Origin: a virus
Direction: 5' to 3' (one strand)
IMG/VR virus record: IMGVR_UViG_3300022562_000702
Length of the DNA: 64,000 nt
Position numbers and translations under genes: made by a program. Shown here in pieces: positions 37,601-47,545 of the stretch. The notes under the pieces are model-generated. The model was not told the DNA's origin. It made no database searches and saw only the letters and a list, made by a program, of their open reading frames with translations. Within the stretch, counting starts at the first letter, position 1. The number at the start of each line of letters is the position of its first letter.

Positions 37601-38127
37601 TGCTCGATGTATTCGATCAGGCCATTGCGTCCACCGAAATACAAAGGGGTCTTCCCTTGTCGAAGTAGCAAGGCATTGATGTCACGAAGATCGATGGCAA
37701 CGATCTGTGCAGCGTTTCCGCTACGACCCGGCAGGGTGATCGTTCTGGGTTCGTATCGCACCAGCCATTCTTTTTCTAGCTCGTCGATGATGTTGGCGAG
37801 TCCGGGGATTTGCTCTAAGGCCGCTTCTGAGAAAACACCGTCTTGGGGCACATCCACTGGTTGGCCTGATTGCTTGGAAAGATAGGCAGAAACGTATTTG
37901 GCGAACTCACGTCGCTTGACCAGCGTTTGTCTCAGACCTTCAGTAAAAATCCACGCCAACACTCGTCCGTGCAGGCTCGGAGAAATCATGTTCAAGACAT
38001 TCATAACTGGCATCGGGATCGGAAAGGTGTCGTTCGGGATCGACGAATACCGCATGTAATGTCGTCGCTCGGACAGCAGCCCTCTGAAAAAATGCTTGCC
38101 AGACTTGAAGAACTTTCTGAATTCCAT
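34675..38127 (-). CDS. large hypothetical protein (1150 aa) with acidic/Gly-rich disordered C-terminal ~300 aa; possibly virion-associated
   Basis: Long uninterrupted ORF. The C-terminus is rich in D/E/G/K. No P-loop or other catalytic motif was recognised. Confidence 0.55.
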   Translation of the reverse strand: MEFRKFFKSGKHFFRGLLSERRHYMRYSSIPNDTFPIPMPVMNVLNMISPSLHGRVLAWIFTEGLRQTLVKRREFAKYVSAYLSKQSGQPVDVPQDGVFSEAALEQIPGLANIIDELEKEWLVRYEPRTITLPGRSGNAAQIVAIDLRDINALLLRQGKTPLYFGGRNGLIEYIEQGNWREHPIHKNPEFGKQGINLSLDEGSDGLREDPETGRKFFCFGLDADPQGSGETRSPCSFQPPMYSSHWSKRLDFSEKVSSEMLKQVVDVVSQGGSIDDLELPEIEWLRQLVDDGQITKESLTSRDALLKDVLNIIDRGVSGGEVQQAGGDANDWINAKAAVKANLMYMLSFPAEIDPESQQPSETTTNALGNSKTGKFMPAEITVSGKRGKLNLADPQWEDLNDNPAKQEMAADILTDLIFNEKDGTIARKISWTRGGRSYYKDRTVPSMLSTARSSGLAVTSAQTTSAITPDVFQKLLDSGWMPNEDPKKAGKLLTLSHPDGKIMHLRRNAKNGEWYKVQEQGNDVAVKYKGQKISVPRSELFERMEQSKKHIFTTPGVQVSHFAPTSEKPLEFDKLLQQGWVPHDKRYQAETMDQIPDDVMVTKIVLPGANIVKKIARMSPDTPWVEVVPEGSHVANVKNYIEQGYEASYLGEHEKFLRLYHPELGDEKILKRKIVDGKDVWMYVTPPKKSSLTNPYITGLFATVNTGQGQTMRIGYSSQKNQAEWEAFMNNLEDYGDRRSTKYPDLPVSVTAGYQGVEVGRGQRAEDYLSSATMAVADRIADIRFRHGDLKKRSGEDIYKLLAEAGLKPEEIEQVIPAIQESIFNNQQWAEPHTGQELFVAPNMFRQDVFQAILRNGWLWRKRAAASAIRSDARREYDARQVGRGQGGSAGSDEEEFDPMSMIQAPEEDEEMGYLQDIGYDDDEKIGRHDDTDDEYGSGFQIDDLSSAGGSYDDDVDKLIAQLQARKDKGEDVSQEYEKLRRGRKRSDLSKGKQFNLGTSAGGNIGGDEEGPIIGRKRTDDLAGRTVPVFAPHKVQNQLPQIGGAASQARPQQIAPSAPAPQKRPVSSFDDDEPVVKKPKSGLFDHVLMKSYSQWLAETEVVYDPKAAKKKGRTFNVWGAPPQGRVPQKSIDGEADTAKEDPTGKKGIR

Positions 38128-38195
38128 CGTGATTCAAATACCTCTCTGTTAACCGTATATACCCTGTTACAACATCTTTTGGAGAGGCAAATAAC

Positions 38196-39122
38196 ATGGC
38201 ATGTGGCGGTTCGCAGACTCTCGTGATTGGAAGACCATCCCAGCAGCAATACAACTCTTTGTGCTCAGGCAATGGAAGCGGCACAGTTGCTACGGCAGCC
38301 GGGTGCAATGGCACAGATGCCTGCAAATATGTAGGACCACATGACAAAAAGATTGGTCCTCGGAAGCATCGAGAAAAAGTTCGTGAAGACATCAAGGACT
38401 ATGTTCTTCTGATGCTTGGTGCTCCTGTTGTTAAAGTAGAACTCAACGAGCAAAATTTAGACCTTGCTGTCAATCAGGCCCTCAAAGTCTTCGAAGACTA
38501 CGCTGGCCGGGAATACTACGACTATTACACGTTCTACACATCGCCCGGCAAGAGCGTCTACAAGATGCCCGATGACGTGGGCATGATTCGCAACGTCTTC
38601 TATAAAGAACAGGGGACATTTGCCTTTCAGGCAAGCGATCTCGACGGAGCGATCCCCATCGAATACTTCTATCCCGGTGGTGCTTATTCCAGCATTCAGG
38701 GTGGTTTGATCGACCCTGTGCAACCCATCTGGGGACGCATGGGCGAGTGGGTGCTTTACAAGCAATACGAACAGATGTACTCTCGTGTGTCCTCCAACCT
38801 CGGGGGATGGGAGTGGGTTTCGGACATGGGCTGGATCAAGCTCTACCCGATTCCATGCAAACATCAAAAGGTGATTGTGCATTACCTGCAAAAGTGCAAG
38901 GACTGGAAAGAAGTTACGCAGGCTATGCAGGAAGGTGCATTGGCGCACGCTATGATCATGCTGGGTCACATCAGAGGCAAATACGCCCAGCCGCCCGGAC
39001 CCGGTGGCGGAATGCAACTCGACGGAGATTACATGCGCCAAAAGGGCTGGGAACTCAAGGAGAAGTGGCAAGAAGAACTCATTTACAAGTTCGGCGACAT
39101 TCCTCCTATTACCATGGACTGA
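38196..39122 (+). CDS. hypothetical protein with Cys-rich N-terminus
   Basis: 308-aa ORF. Confidence 0.45.
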   Translation: MACGGSQTLVIGRPSQQQYNSLCSGNGSGTVATAAGCNGTDACKYVGPHDKKIGPRKHREKVREDIKDYVLLMLGAPVVKVELNEQNLDLAVNQALKVFEDYAGREYYDYYTFYTSPGKSVYKMPDDVGMIRNVFYKEQGTFAFQASDLDGAIPIEYFYPGGAYSSIQGGLIDPVQPIWGRMGEWVLYKQYEQMYSRVSSNLGGWEWVSDMGWIKLYPIPCKHQKVIVHYLQKCKDWKEVTQAMQEGALAHAMIMLGHIRGKYAQPPGPGGGMQLDGDYMRQKGWELKEKWQEELIYKFGDIPPITMD

Positions 39123-39125
39123 TCT

Positions 39126-39500
39126 ATGAAAAAACTTTTGTGTCTGGCAGTGCTTCTGTTTTGCTCTGCTCCAGCAATGGCCGCTGACTTTGTTTATGAA
39201 GGTCAATGGAAAACCACAGGTCGTCGGAAGCTCGATGGCATCATGACGGCAGAGGTCGATATGGTCGGCAAAGAGAAATGGAAGGCTCGCTTCTACGGAG
39301 TCTGGCAGGGGGTTGACTACGATTACACGGTCAACTTTACTGGCCCCGCCGACAATCTCAAGGGAACCGCTGTCATCGACGGTGCGGATTATCAATGGAC
39401 TGGCAAAATTGACCAAGAGTCACCCGGCTGGTTCTCTGGAGATTTTACAGGAAGTCGATACGACGGCTGGTTCAAACTGAAGCAGAAAACGCCAAAGTAA
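39126..39500 (+). CDS. secreted or lipoprotein-like hypothetical protein
   Basis: N-terminal signal peptide MKKLLCLAVLLFCSAPAMA. Confidence 0.5.
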   Translation: MKKLLCLAVLLFCSAPAMAADFVYEGQWKTTGRRKLDGIMTAEVDMVGKEKWKARFYGVWQGVDYDYTVNFTGPADNLKGTAVIDGADYQWTGKIDQESPGWFSGDFTGSRYDGWFKLKQKTPK

Positions 39501-40118
39501 ATGCAACATCAGCAGGTCGAACATTTGGAAGAATTTGTCCAAAGCGGCGAATTCAAGAAATCCATCTATGGTTACGTCTGGGGACACCCTCTGATTCATC
39601 GCCAGCTAGTCCACCAGTGGATCATTCCTGCTGTTCGAAAATACAAAAGAATTGTTGAGGTAGGCGTCGGCGGTGGACGATGGATTTTGACATACCTTTC
39701 CGCCATCGACCATGCTTATCTGGTTGATGGTACAACTTGTGCGGAAACAGCCGTTAGGCACTGGCATTCTGGGCCGTTCGATTTCATTGTCTCGACAGAT
39801 GGATTGATGAATCAGATTCCATCCGAGACAGAGCCATACATCTTCAGCTATGACGCTTTTGTTCATTTTGACAAAGAATTATTTGATAGCTACCTCTCAG
39901 AAGTGTCTAGGATTTTGACGCCAACCGGCGTCTTCCACTTCAATTTCGCCTACAAGCCCAACTCGAAAACAGACGACTCGTCGAACAACTTTGTCTATCG
40001 AGACTTAGATGAACTCAAGTCTGTGTTGGCGTCCAATGGATTGATGACGACGGACAGACAAATCAACATGGGCGGCTACGGTTCGCTGGTAATTGAGGTT
40101 CAGAAATGTCCTCGATGA
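39501..40118 (+). CDS. class I SAM-dependent methyltransferase
   Basis: Motif I VEVGVGGGRW. LVDG acidic loop. Motif II FDFIVS. Confidence 0.55.
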   Translation: MQHQQVEHLEEFVQSGEFKKSIYGYVWGHPLIHRQLVHQWIIPAVRKYKRIVEVGVGGGRWILTYLSAIDHAYLVDGTTCAETAVRHWHSGPFDFIVSTDGLMNQIPSETEPYIFSYDAFVHFDKELFDSYLSEVSRILTPTGVFHFNFAYKPNSKTDDSSNNFVYRDLDELKSVLASNGLMTTDRQINMGGYGSLVIEVQKCPR

Positions 40119-40131
40119 TCTCTAATAAGGT

Positions 40132-40920
40132 ATGGACGAGATCATCTGCTGCAATTGCATAGACGGAATGTCAGATCTGGAGGCCGACTCCATCGATCTC
40201 ACCGTGACATCGCCGCCCTTTGGAAAATTACGCACCTATAAGGGCTATGAGTTCAATCACGAGGCTGTTCTGGACGGCCTCTTCAGAGTCACCAAACCCG
40301 GTGGCGTGGTTGTCTGGGTCGTTGCTGACCAAACCGACAATGGCAGTGAGAGCGGCGACAGCTTTCGACAAGCCCTCTATGCTAAAGAGATTGGGTTCAA
40401 GTTGCACGACACCATGATTTACATGCGGAACTCAGTCACCAACCCTTCACCCATTCGATACTACAGTTGCTTTCAATACATGTTTGTCTTCTCGAAGGGC
40501 GTTCCGAAGACCACCAATCTTATCAAAGACCACAAGAACAAGACAGCCGGTCGCAAAGCCACAGACAAACATCAGCGTGAGCCAGATGGCACTTGGCGAG
40601 AGCGGTCCTGTTACAAGCAAGGCAAGGTGCGACCCGAGTATTCTGTTCGCTGGAATGTCTGGACCTATGATGTGGGATCAAAGTGCATGGCCGATGACAG
40701 AGAATGGGTCGGCCACCCTGCCATCTTCCCCCTCAAATTGGCAGAGGATCACATCAAATCGTGGAGCAATGAAGGAGATGTCGTCTTCGATCCCATGGCC
40801 GGGAGCGGTCAGACTCTTTGTGCTGCGAAAAAGCTGGGCAGACGATATGTGGGCATGGATATCTCGGAAGAGTATTGCGATTTGATCCGGCGAAGATTGA
40901 AGCTTTACGGGCCTATATAA
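40132..40920 (+). CDS. DNA methyltransferase (N6-adenine/N4-cytosine, beta class)
   Basis: Motif IV TSPPF, followed later by motif I FDPMAGSGQT. Confidence 0.85.
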   Translation: MDEIICCNCIDGMSDLEADSIDLTVTSPPFGKLRTYKGYEFNHEAVLDGLFRVTKPGGVVVWVVADQTDNGSESGDSFRQALYAKEIGFKLHDTMIYMRNSVTNPSPIRYYSCFQYMFVFSKGVPKTTNLIKDHKNKTAGRKATDKHQREPDGTWRERSCYKQGKVRPEYSVRWNVWTYDVGSKCMADDREWVGHPAIFPLKLAEDHIKSWSNEGDVVFDPMAGSGQTLCAAKKLGRRYVGMDISEEYCDLIRRRLKLYGPI

Positions 40921-40926
40921 AGTGAC

Positions 40927-41394
40927 ATGAAAGACTTCATTGCTTGGATCAAAGATCAGAACCAGTTGAGCGAGGCCGACACACGGTACAGCGTTGAGGT
41001 GAACTTTCGCACAAATCTTGACGAAGTGCTGAACCAGTCTGCCAAAATCACACTGGGATACGCCTCAGCCGCTCTGAAAAAGTCGGACTTCCATGTGAAG
41101 CAGGTCTTCGAGGAAAACCCGATGCGAATCCTCATTTCTTCCCGAAACTGGGACGATGGAGAGTGGGTTTCGCTGGCATCATGGAACCCCCATCACAGAG
41201 CCTATGTGCTCTCCAAGGGCTTCTACAACAAAGATCGCAAGACTGTCTCCATTCAGGATTCCAAAATTTGTAACGCCACCAACGCCTCACAGCTTGTGTC
41301 TGAGATCAAGAACCTGATGCACGATTTGAAGGACAAACCCGACCGAAAGATCGAGAAATTGAAGAAGGTGCCCCTCAAGCGTGGCCCTAAGTGA
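40927..41394 (+). CDS. hypothetical protein
   Basis: 155-aa ORF. Confidence 0.4.
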   Translation: MKDFIAWIKDQNQLSEADTRYSVEVNFRTNLDEVLNQSAKITLGYASAALKKSDFHVKQVFEENPMRILISSRNWDDGEWVSLASWNPHHRAYVLSKGFYNKDRKTVSIQDSKICNATNASQLVSEIKNLMHDLKDKPDRKIEKLKKVPLKRGPK

Positions 41395-41442
41395 TGATTT
41401 TTTAACAAGCCCCTTGTAGACAAGGGAGTGTGAGGCGATACA

Positions 41443-41934
41443 ATGAGGGATAGACGATTGGGTAGTGGCGGCACGAAAGTCAAAGGACAGAGTGGCGCAG
41501 CAATCTTTTTCACGGATGGTACGTCCGTGCTCCTACTCAAGCGTTCTGATAGTGGGGACAACCCTGACACATGGGCACTCCCCGGAGGGACGGCCAAGCA
41601 AGGTGAATCGGCCATCGGTACAGCAATCCGAGAGACTAAGGAAGAGACTGGGTTGGATTCAATCCCCGGCTATAGGATTGAGTCTCTCGACACAAAGAAT
41701 GGTCGTCAGAAATTCACTGTCTTCATCTATCGTGTCGGCAAGCAGTTCGACATCGATCTCTCCCACGAGCACACCGATTGGGCGTGGGTCAGCTTTGCCG
41801 ATCTTTCTGGCAAAGATTTGCACCCCAAATTTGAGGAACATGTTGATCGCTACCTTCGGGTTGTCCGTCGCAAAATGGGGAGCTTCCAAGAGTGGGTGGA
41901 TCTGACTACCCTGATCGAGCACCGATCTTTATGA
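41443..41934 (+). CDS. NUDIX hydrolase
   Basis: Nudix box GGTAKQGESAIGTAIRETKEETGL. Confidence 0.8.
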   Translation: MRDRRLGSGGTKVKGQSGAAIFFTDGTSVLLLKRSDSGDNPDTWALPGGTAKQGESAIGTAIRETKEETGLDSIPGYRIESLDTKNGRQKFTVFIYRVGKQFDIDLSHEHTDWAWVSFADLSGKDLHPKFEEHVDRYLRVVRRKMGSFQEWVDLTTLIEHRSL

Positions 41935-42296
41935 TCAAAAATCTGCCAGCAATCACACCAAAATCACGTTTCTTTCCTGTGGCGCACGATTTGCACCATA
42001 CCACACAGGACAAACTACACCTACCCTCAAGAAAGGCCGATGATGTGAAAGACGTATTCTACAGTGAACAACTTGGTGACTACGTTGTGGATGAACTGTG
42101 CAAGTGTGGACACTTGAAGTCAGAGCATGGAAGTAAGCTTACGAAAATCAATGAGAAGGCCACTCTTCGTGAGCCTCACAATGGCAGTTGTTGCACAGGC
42201 GGATGTGCGTGTGCTCAATTTGCGTTCGCTCGATATGTGACCGTAGAGGAAGCGGCTGGCGTTGTGGTGGCGAAACGAGGTCTGATGCCTGCATGA
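41892..42296 (+). CDS. hypothetical Cys-rich protein
   Basis: CKCGH...CCTGGCACAQF. Confidence 0.35.
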   Translation: MGGSDYPDRAPIFMIKNLPAITPKSRFFPVAHDLHHTTQDKLHLPSRKADDVKDVFYSEQLGDYVVDELCKCGHLKSEHGSKLTKINEKATLREPHNGSCCTGGCACAQFAFARYVTVEEAAGVVVAKRGLMPA

Positions 42297-42300
42297 AAAA

Positions 42301-42327
42301 AGCCGACTTGGCTGGGCCAAGTCGGCT
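42301..42327. terminator. bidirectional terminator hairpin (12-bp perfect stem AGCCGACTTGGC/GCCAAGTCGGCT, A6 upstream)
   Basis: Read in the sequence between convergent genes. Confidence 0.65.
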
Positions 42328-42348
42328 TGATTCTCGTAGCACTGACGC

Positions 42349-43956
42349 CTATTTCTGCGGCAAAGGCGTAGCAGGCTTGTTGTCGAGAGGGATCTGGACC
42401 CTTGCGCCCAGATTGTTCATGTCTGTCCACAAGGTTCCCTGCCCGGCGTACAACAACTTGAGATCGACGTTCTCGGGAAGCCCCGTTGCGAAGATCCAGT
42501 TGTTGTAGGCTTGTGGGGTTCCGAAGGCTTGCACTGCCAAACGGAAACGATCCGACTTGGCTTCTTCCTGCAACTGAATGCCGGATTGCTCAGCCTGTCC
42601 CAAGATCTCCTTGGCTTGCGCCTTGAAGGTTGCCGTCTCTTTTTCAATGGCAGCGACAAGCTTGGTGGTTTCGGCACGGATTCCTTCTGCCTCACGGTCG
42701 CCAGCGGCGAGACGTGTCTGAACAAGCTTCTTGGTTTCGGCTTCGACAGTCTTGGATGCCAACTCGACCTTTTGCTCAGCCTCACGCAACGACCCTTCTT
42801 CTTTGGCCGTCAATTGCTCTTGAGCACGGGTCAGCTTCAATTCATCAGCGATGAATGAATTCTGGATTGGCTCACGAACAGTGCGAGGAATGTAGACGTG
42901 TCTCACAAGGCCGTAGAGCAATGTGATCTGCTTTTCATCGAGCACCTGATGAAACTCAGCCAAGCTCTCGCTTTGGTACTTCTCTCGGTCGTTTCCGACC
43001 AGTAGTTGCACAGCCTTGTACTCCGATCCATTGTTGCGACAGATTGACTCAATCTGCGGCAACACAATCTTCTGTTCAACCATTTCGACATTGCCAATGG
43101 TACGCACTGCGTGCGGGGCTTGGTTGGGCATCAGTCCCCAGATCGCCGTGAAGTCCATGTGAATCGAGAACCCGTCGCTTGAAGGGAATTCGATGCCACT
43201 GTTGTCATCAGCGATTTGTGGTTCCCCGGTTTCGGCGTCAACCAGTGGTCTGCCATCCGGTCCACGCTTCACATCCATCTGGATTGTGCTCTGGCGAAAC
43301 CCAATCTCCACGATGTCGATGTTTTGCTCACGTCCGTTGACAGGGTAAATGCCGGGTGGCAACACGTTGTCTTGAATGCCTGTCTTAGCACCAGTCGCAG
43401 GATTTGGAGCCAAATTGGTGACGACGCCAACGTATCCTGTCGGAATCGAGACCCAACCAGCAACCTTCTTCTGATTGCCAGATTCGAACTCCTGAGTTTG
43501 GACGATCTCAACATCGTAGCCGTAAGGGTTGATTCGATATCGTCCGGGATGAAGAACCTTACGCAAGATTCCCTTGTGTTCGGTCTTCCCAATATCGCCT
43601 TCAACCAGATATTCTCCTGCCGGTAGATCTTTCCCCAATTTGCAGGTGACGACTCCAACTTCTCCGGGTTTGATCACAATGTCGGGGACGACTGTGCGTT
43701 CATACCAGATCGGGCAGTAGAAGTGTCTTCCGGGGCCTCGTAGATTGGCGAGGACGCCCATCTGGCCTTCCTCGGCCCACATGCCGGTTTCCGCTTGTGT
43801 GCGAGATCCGAAGATCAGCGGGCCTTTGTAGCGGAGCATCAGGCTTTCACCATCCTCCACATACACACGGTTCACGATCCAATGGAATCCGAGCCCCAAG
43901 AGGAGCAACATGACTCCAAGGACTCCAACGATACTCAACATTGTCTTGCGGTTCAT
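42349..43956 (-). CDS. SPFH/band-7 family membrane protein (HflK/C- or flotillin-like)
   Basis: N-terminal transmembrane helix. GPGRHFYCPIWYER-type SPFH start. C-terminal Ala/Glu-rich coiled coil (EAEGIRAETTKLVAAIEKETATFKAQAKE). Confidence 0.6.
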   Translation of the reverse strand: MNRKTMLSIVGVLGVMLLLLGLGFHWIVNRVYVEDGESLMLRYKGPLIFGSRTQAETGMWAEEGQMGVLANLRGPGRHFYCPIWYERTVVPDIVIKPGEVGVVTCKLGKDLPAGEYLVEGDIGKTEHKGILRKVLHPGRYRINPYGYDVEIVQTQEFESGNQKKVAGWVSIPTGYVGVVTNLAPNPATGAKTGIQDNVLPPGIYPVNGREQNIDIVEIGFRQSTIQMDVKRGPDGRPLVDAETGEPQIADDNSGIEFPSSDGFSIHMDFTAIWGLMPNQAPHAVRTIGNVEMVEQKIVLPQIESICRNNGSEYKAVQLLVGNDREKYQSESLAEFHQVLDEKQITLLYGLVRHVYIPRTVREPIQNSFIADELKLTRAQEQLTAKEEGSLREAEQKVELASKTVEAETKKLVQTRLAAGDREAEGIRAETTKLVAAIEKETATFKAQAKEILGQAEQSGIQLQEEAKSDRFRLAVQAFGTPQAYNNWIFATGLPENVDLKLLYAGQGTLWTDMNNLGARVQIPLDNKPATPLPQK

Positions 43957-43993
43957 TCTGTGTCTCCTGTTCTATGTTCTGAGCCGGTGAGGC

Positions 43994-45589
43994 TTAGTTG
44001 TTGGGTTGAGGTTGAGGCTGAGTTGGCTGCTGAGTCGGCACAAACCCTTCAAACACCCGCATCAACGGAGAGTCAGCGGTGTTCGTCATGATCTGCCGAT
44101 AGCCGGGAGCGAGCTTCTGATACAACACATAGCGAGCAAACGCCTCACCATCGTTCCCCAGAGCTTCCACAGCTTTCTTCCAGCCTGCGGCCTGAGCGAC
44201 GTTCTCGAAGCCGATGATTGCGGCTTCTGCCTTCGCTTTGGCGAGAATTGCTTCAGCTTGATCTTTGGCCGCTGCCAACTCTTTCTCTGCAACTTCTTTG
44301 TCACGGTTGGCGTTTTCCAAAGCCACGCTTTGCTCTTCGTTGGCCTTCGTCACAGACTCCACAACGCTCTTGTCAGCACCGACGAGTTCTTGCCGTTGTT
44401 TGATCATGGCCTGTTCGGTCGCCAGCTTCGCTTCTTCGCTTTGCTGGAGAATCTGTTGTGTGTACTGTTTCAATTCCTGAGCAGCCACTTCTCGATCTCT
44501 CAGCGGGCCAGCGATGGCTTCCGGTGGTTTGATCTTCGTGATCAGGGCTTGGATGATCTCGATGCCTTGTGCGTCACAGGTCTCCGTAATGGACTTTTGG
44601 AACGCTTGTTGGAAGGCAGTACGAGTATCGCCGCCGATGAACTCACGAGCGGACGAGTTGGCTCCTTGCAAACGACAGAAGGCCCGAGCGTTCGGCATGA
44701 TCACCTTGGAGATGATTTCGTCTGCAATCGCACTGGAATCCCCCTTGTCATTGCTTATATCGTTGTAAGTAACGTATGTGTTGGCGGCGGTATCAGGCTT
44801 CACTCGAAATTCGATGATGCCATCCAGTGTAATTGGAAAGCCGTCCTTCGATGGGAACATCATGTCCCCGCCTTCGGCCAAGTTGAATCGCTGTGAGCGA
44901 GTATCGATGGCGTTGATGCGGTACATGTATGGATTCAGATAGTATGTCCCTTCATCGAGGGTCTTTTCCTGTGGCCCACGTTCGCCCGCCCCGACAAGCA
45001 GGACATTGGGTTCTTTCGGCATTGGGCCAGCAAGATTCGTGACGATTCCTTTGTAACCAGCGGGAATGATCTTCGGCTCCCACAGTTCAATCACTTCAAC
45101 ATAGTCCGATTTCTTTCGGGGCGTCCCCACTTCTTGCTTCGTCTCTTTGTCGATCACGATGGCATTGATGGCGTAACGACCGGGGCGAAGCACTTCTTCG
45201 ATGATCCCTTTTTGGTCCTCTGTCTTGGCAAGGAAATCGCCGGGCGGAAGGTCTTCGCCATACATGCGGATGCGAACGCCCATTTTGTCCCGAGGGATCT
45301 CGATCATCGGATAGACCGACCAGTCCCATGTCCAGCAATTGCGGAAGTAACGCCCTTCTGGCAGGACTGCGAGTTGGAGACCTTTGTGCTTGGCATCCGG
45401 GGCCACTTCTTGTTCGTTGTCGATGTTATCGCCAGTCTTGCGAGTCAAGACGGCGAAGTGCTTTGCGGGCACATCAATGCGGAACTGCTTGTAGACGATG
45501 TATGCTCCGAAGGTCAGCAAAATCACCATCACGCTGAGGGCCATCAGGCCGATTCTTCGCACACTTCGTTGTGTGTCACGATAAGTCAT
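43994..45589 (-). CDS. SPFH/band-7 family membrane protein, paralog of the preceding gene
   Basis: Same architecture: N-terminal transmembrane helix, LPEGRYFRNCW, C-terminal coiled coil AKLATEQAMIKQRQEL...AAAKDQAEAILAKAKAEAA. Confidence 0.6.
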   Translation of the reverse strand: MTYRDTQRSVRRIGLMALSVMVILLTFGAYIVYKQFRIDVPAKHFAVLTRKTGDNIDNEQEVAPDAKHKGLQLAVLPEGRYFRNCWTWDWSVYPMIEIPRDKMGVRIRMYGEDLPPGDFLAKTEDQKGIIEEVLRPGRYAINAIVIDKETKQEVGTPRKKSDYVEVIELWEPKIIPAGYKGIVTNLAGPMPKEPNVLLVGAGERGPQEKTLDEGTYYLNPYMYRINAIDTRSQRFNLAEGGDMMFPSKDGFPITLDGIIEFRVKPDTAANTYVTYNDISNDKGDSSAIADEIISKVIMPNARAFCRLQGANSSAREFIGGDTRTAFQQAFQKSITETCDAQGIEIIQALITKIKPPEAIAGPLRDREVAAQELKQYTQQILQQSEEAKLATEQAMIKQRQELVGADKSVVESVTKANEEQSVALENANRDKEVAEKELAAAKDQAEAILAKAKAEAAIIGFENVAQAAGWKKAVEALGNDGEAFARYVLYQKLAPGYRQIMTNTADSPLMRVFEGFVPTQQPTQPQPQPNN

Positions 45590-45667
45590 GGAATTCTCCT
45601 TGGGTTTTGTTCTGTGTTCGGTTTCAGTTTATCTCTTTCGACATGGGTTGCTGCGGCAGCCTCCTTT

Positions 45668-47416
45668 CTACTTGAACTTGATTCTGTAGAGTTTGCTACC
45701 ACGAGCAAAACGAGCTTCCGTGCCAACGTGACACAGCCGCATGTCTGATTCGATGGCGGGGTCATCAACCGATTTGATGTCGGGACGATCTTTCTTCGCC
45801 GAGAAGACCTCGATCTTTTCGTCTTCGGTGAGAGAAATAACGATTCCATTCTCCAACACGGTAAAGTTGATACCGGTGGGTGCGATGTTCTCCAGCTTGC
45901 GGAGATCATGGCTCGCCCAGTCCGTGGCGAATCTGTACACAAAGCGGTCATACTGACCAGATTCTTTGTGCATGGCAACAATCATTAAGACGTTGCCTTC
46001 GTACTTGGCCTCAGTTATACGGTATTCTTTAATTTCGTCAAGACGAATCTGGCGGTGGTGGCCTGCTGCGGGGAAGATCGACGCAACGTAATTGCCCATC
46101 ATGTCTTGGATCGCCACCCCCTGATACATCTCGGTGGCGTTCGGCAAGATGGTGGCGACCGACTTAGGCGCAGCTATCACCGTTGACCCCGCTTCGATGA
46201 AGTCAATCTCAAAGATGTGGTCGTTGCTCTGAACATACACTCGGCCTTCGCTGCTCATTAAAGTCTTGCCGAGCAGACCAACTTTGATGGGGGAGTCGCT
46301 GTCCAGATCTTGCAGGTGCAAAACTTCATCGTCGAGCCATGCAGCATAAGGAATGTTCCTGCTGGGCGTGAACCCAACACGGAACCTCTCAGCCGGGCGG
46401 TTCAGTTGTTTGCCACCGATATGCAACTTCTCACGAGTCACAACAACTTCTCGGCCATTGTGAGCATAGAAGCCAATGATCTGTTCGGCAAATTGCTTCA
46501 GTTCTGTGATGTCGAAGTTGTTGCTGCCGATGATCTCTTTCACCTTTGCCACGAAGGTCAGAATGGCTTGGAAGTCCTTCGGCGCAGCCGCACGTCGATT
46601 TTCGTTGAAGACGGCTCGATACCACTGCATGTAAGCACCGTCTTTGCCGCCCGGAATGTAATCCTCGAACGGACAGTAGACAGCACCTTTTGGATAATCG
46701 ACTTCAGGAAGCAAGACGGATTTGCAGTGTTGCATGTTGTCCGTCAACATCGTCTTCATGTTTGTGTAGTCCGGGTGGAACCCTTTGAAGGGGTGGATGC
46801 CGGTGAACATGTAGAAGCTGATGATGGCGAACGAGTACCAGTCCGAGAGTTCTGTAAACAGATAGCGGCCTGTCCCATCTTTGGCGACATGCCAATCTCG
46901 GATCGACGGCATGATGACTTCGGCGGGATAACTGGGTGTTTGGTAGCTGTTGGTGTCGATGCCATAGACATCATCGAAGGTGTCGGGCACCATGTAGTTG
47001 AACTCGTTCCCGTCCACTTGGAGGTAGCCTTTGTGGCTGTGGATGAATCGCACGATGCCAGCGATCTTCTGAACCAGCTTCATCATGTGATCTGGGGTAA
47101 CGCCTTCACGTTCACGGAAGGTCTTTGTGAGAATTTGGGCGAGCGGTTTGGGGTTGCCGGGGACGGCTCGCATGGTGTAGCCAGTGGGCTTCTTGCGATA
47201 AAGCAGCGTCTCTTGTGGAACGATGATGTTGGGGTGATCCAACACTCGAAGTTCTTGGAATTTGCCGGGCGGAATCATCTTCCCGTCTTCGCAAACCTTG
47301 TAGACAACATCACCGATGATGTAGATCGACCCTTCGCCACCCTTCGCTTTGAAGTGGGTATCATTGAGTTCAACTTTATCGCCGGTTCGTTCAATCGTAT
47401 AAGTAGGCATCACCAC
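45668..47416 (-). CDS. protein kinase-like domain protein (atypical)
   Basis: Gly-rich loop KGGEGSIY, followed by VYKV. Catalytic-loop-like VDGNEFN (D-x4-N). 582 aa. Confidence 0.4.
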   Translation of the reverse strand: MVMPTYTIERTGDKVELNDTHFKAKGGEGSIYIIGDVVYKVCEDGKMIPPGKFQELRVLDHPNIIVPQETLLYRKKPTGYTMRAVPGNPKPLAQILTKTFREREGVTPDHMMKLVQKIAGIVRFIHSHKGYLQVDGNEFNYMVPDTFDDVYGIDTNSYQTPSYPAEVIMPSIRDWHVAKDGTGRYLFTELSDWYSFAIISFYMFTGIHPFKGFHPDYTNMKTMLTDNMQHCKSVLLPEVDYPKGAVYCPFEDYIPGGKDGAYMQWYRAVFNENRRAAAPKDFQAILTFVAKVKEIIGSNNFDITELKQFAEQIIGFYAHNGREVVVTREKLHIGGKQLNRPAERFRVGFTPSRNIPYAAWLDDEVLHLQDLDSDSPIKVGLLGKTLMSSEGRVYVQSNDHIFEIDFIEAGSTVIAAPKSVATILPNATEMYQGVAIQDMMGNYVASIFPAAGHHRQIRLDEIKEYRITEAKYEGNVLMIVAMHKESGQYDRFVYRFATDWASHDLRKLENIAPTGINFTVLENGIVISLTEDEKIEVFSAKKDRPDIKSVDDPAIESDMRLCHVGTEARFARGSKLYRIKFK

Positions 47417-47545
47417 GCCCTTTCCGACACTTTGTCAGGTAGAAACCGTTTCCACAACCAGTAGTCCAACGCCTTATTCAAGGTGGACTTTTTCCAAGGC
47501 GGCTTCTTCCCGTCAGGCAAGAAGAGCCACCGTTTGTAGATCTTC

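Noticed and set aside
46310-47464. 384-aa plus-strand ORF
   Set aside because: It is antisense to the kinase-like gene and has no motifs. The minus-strand ORF carries the coherent domain signature.
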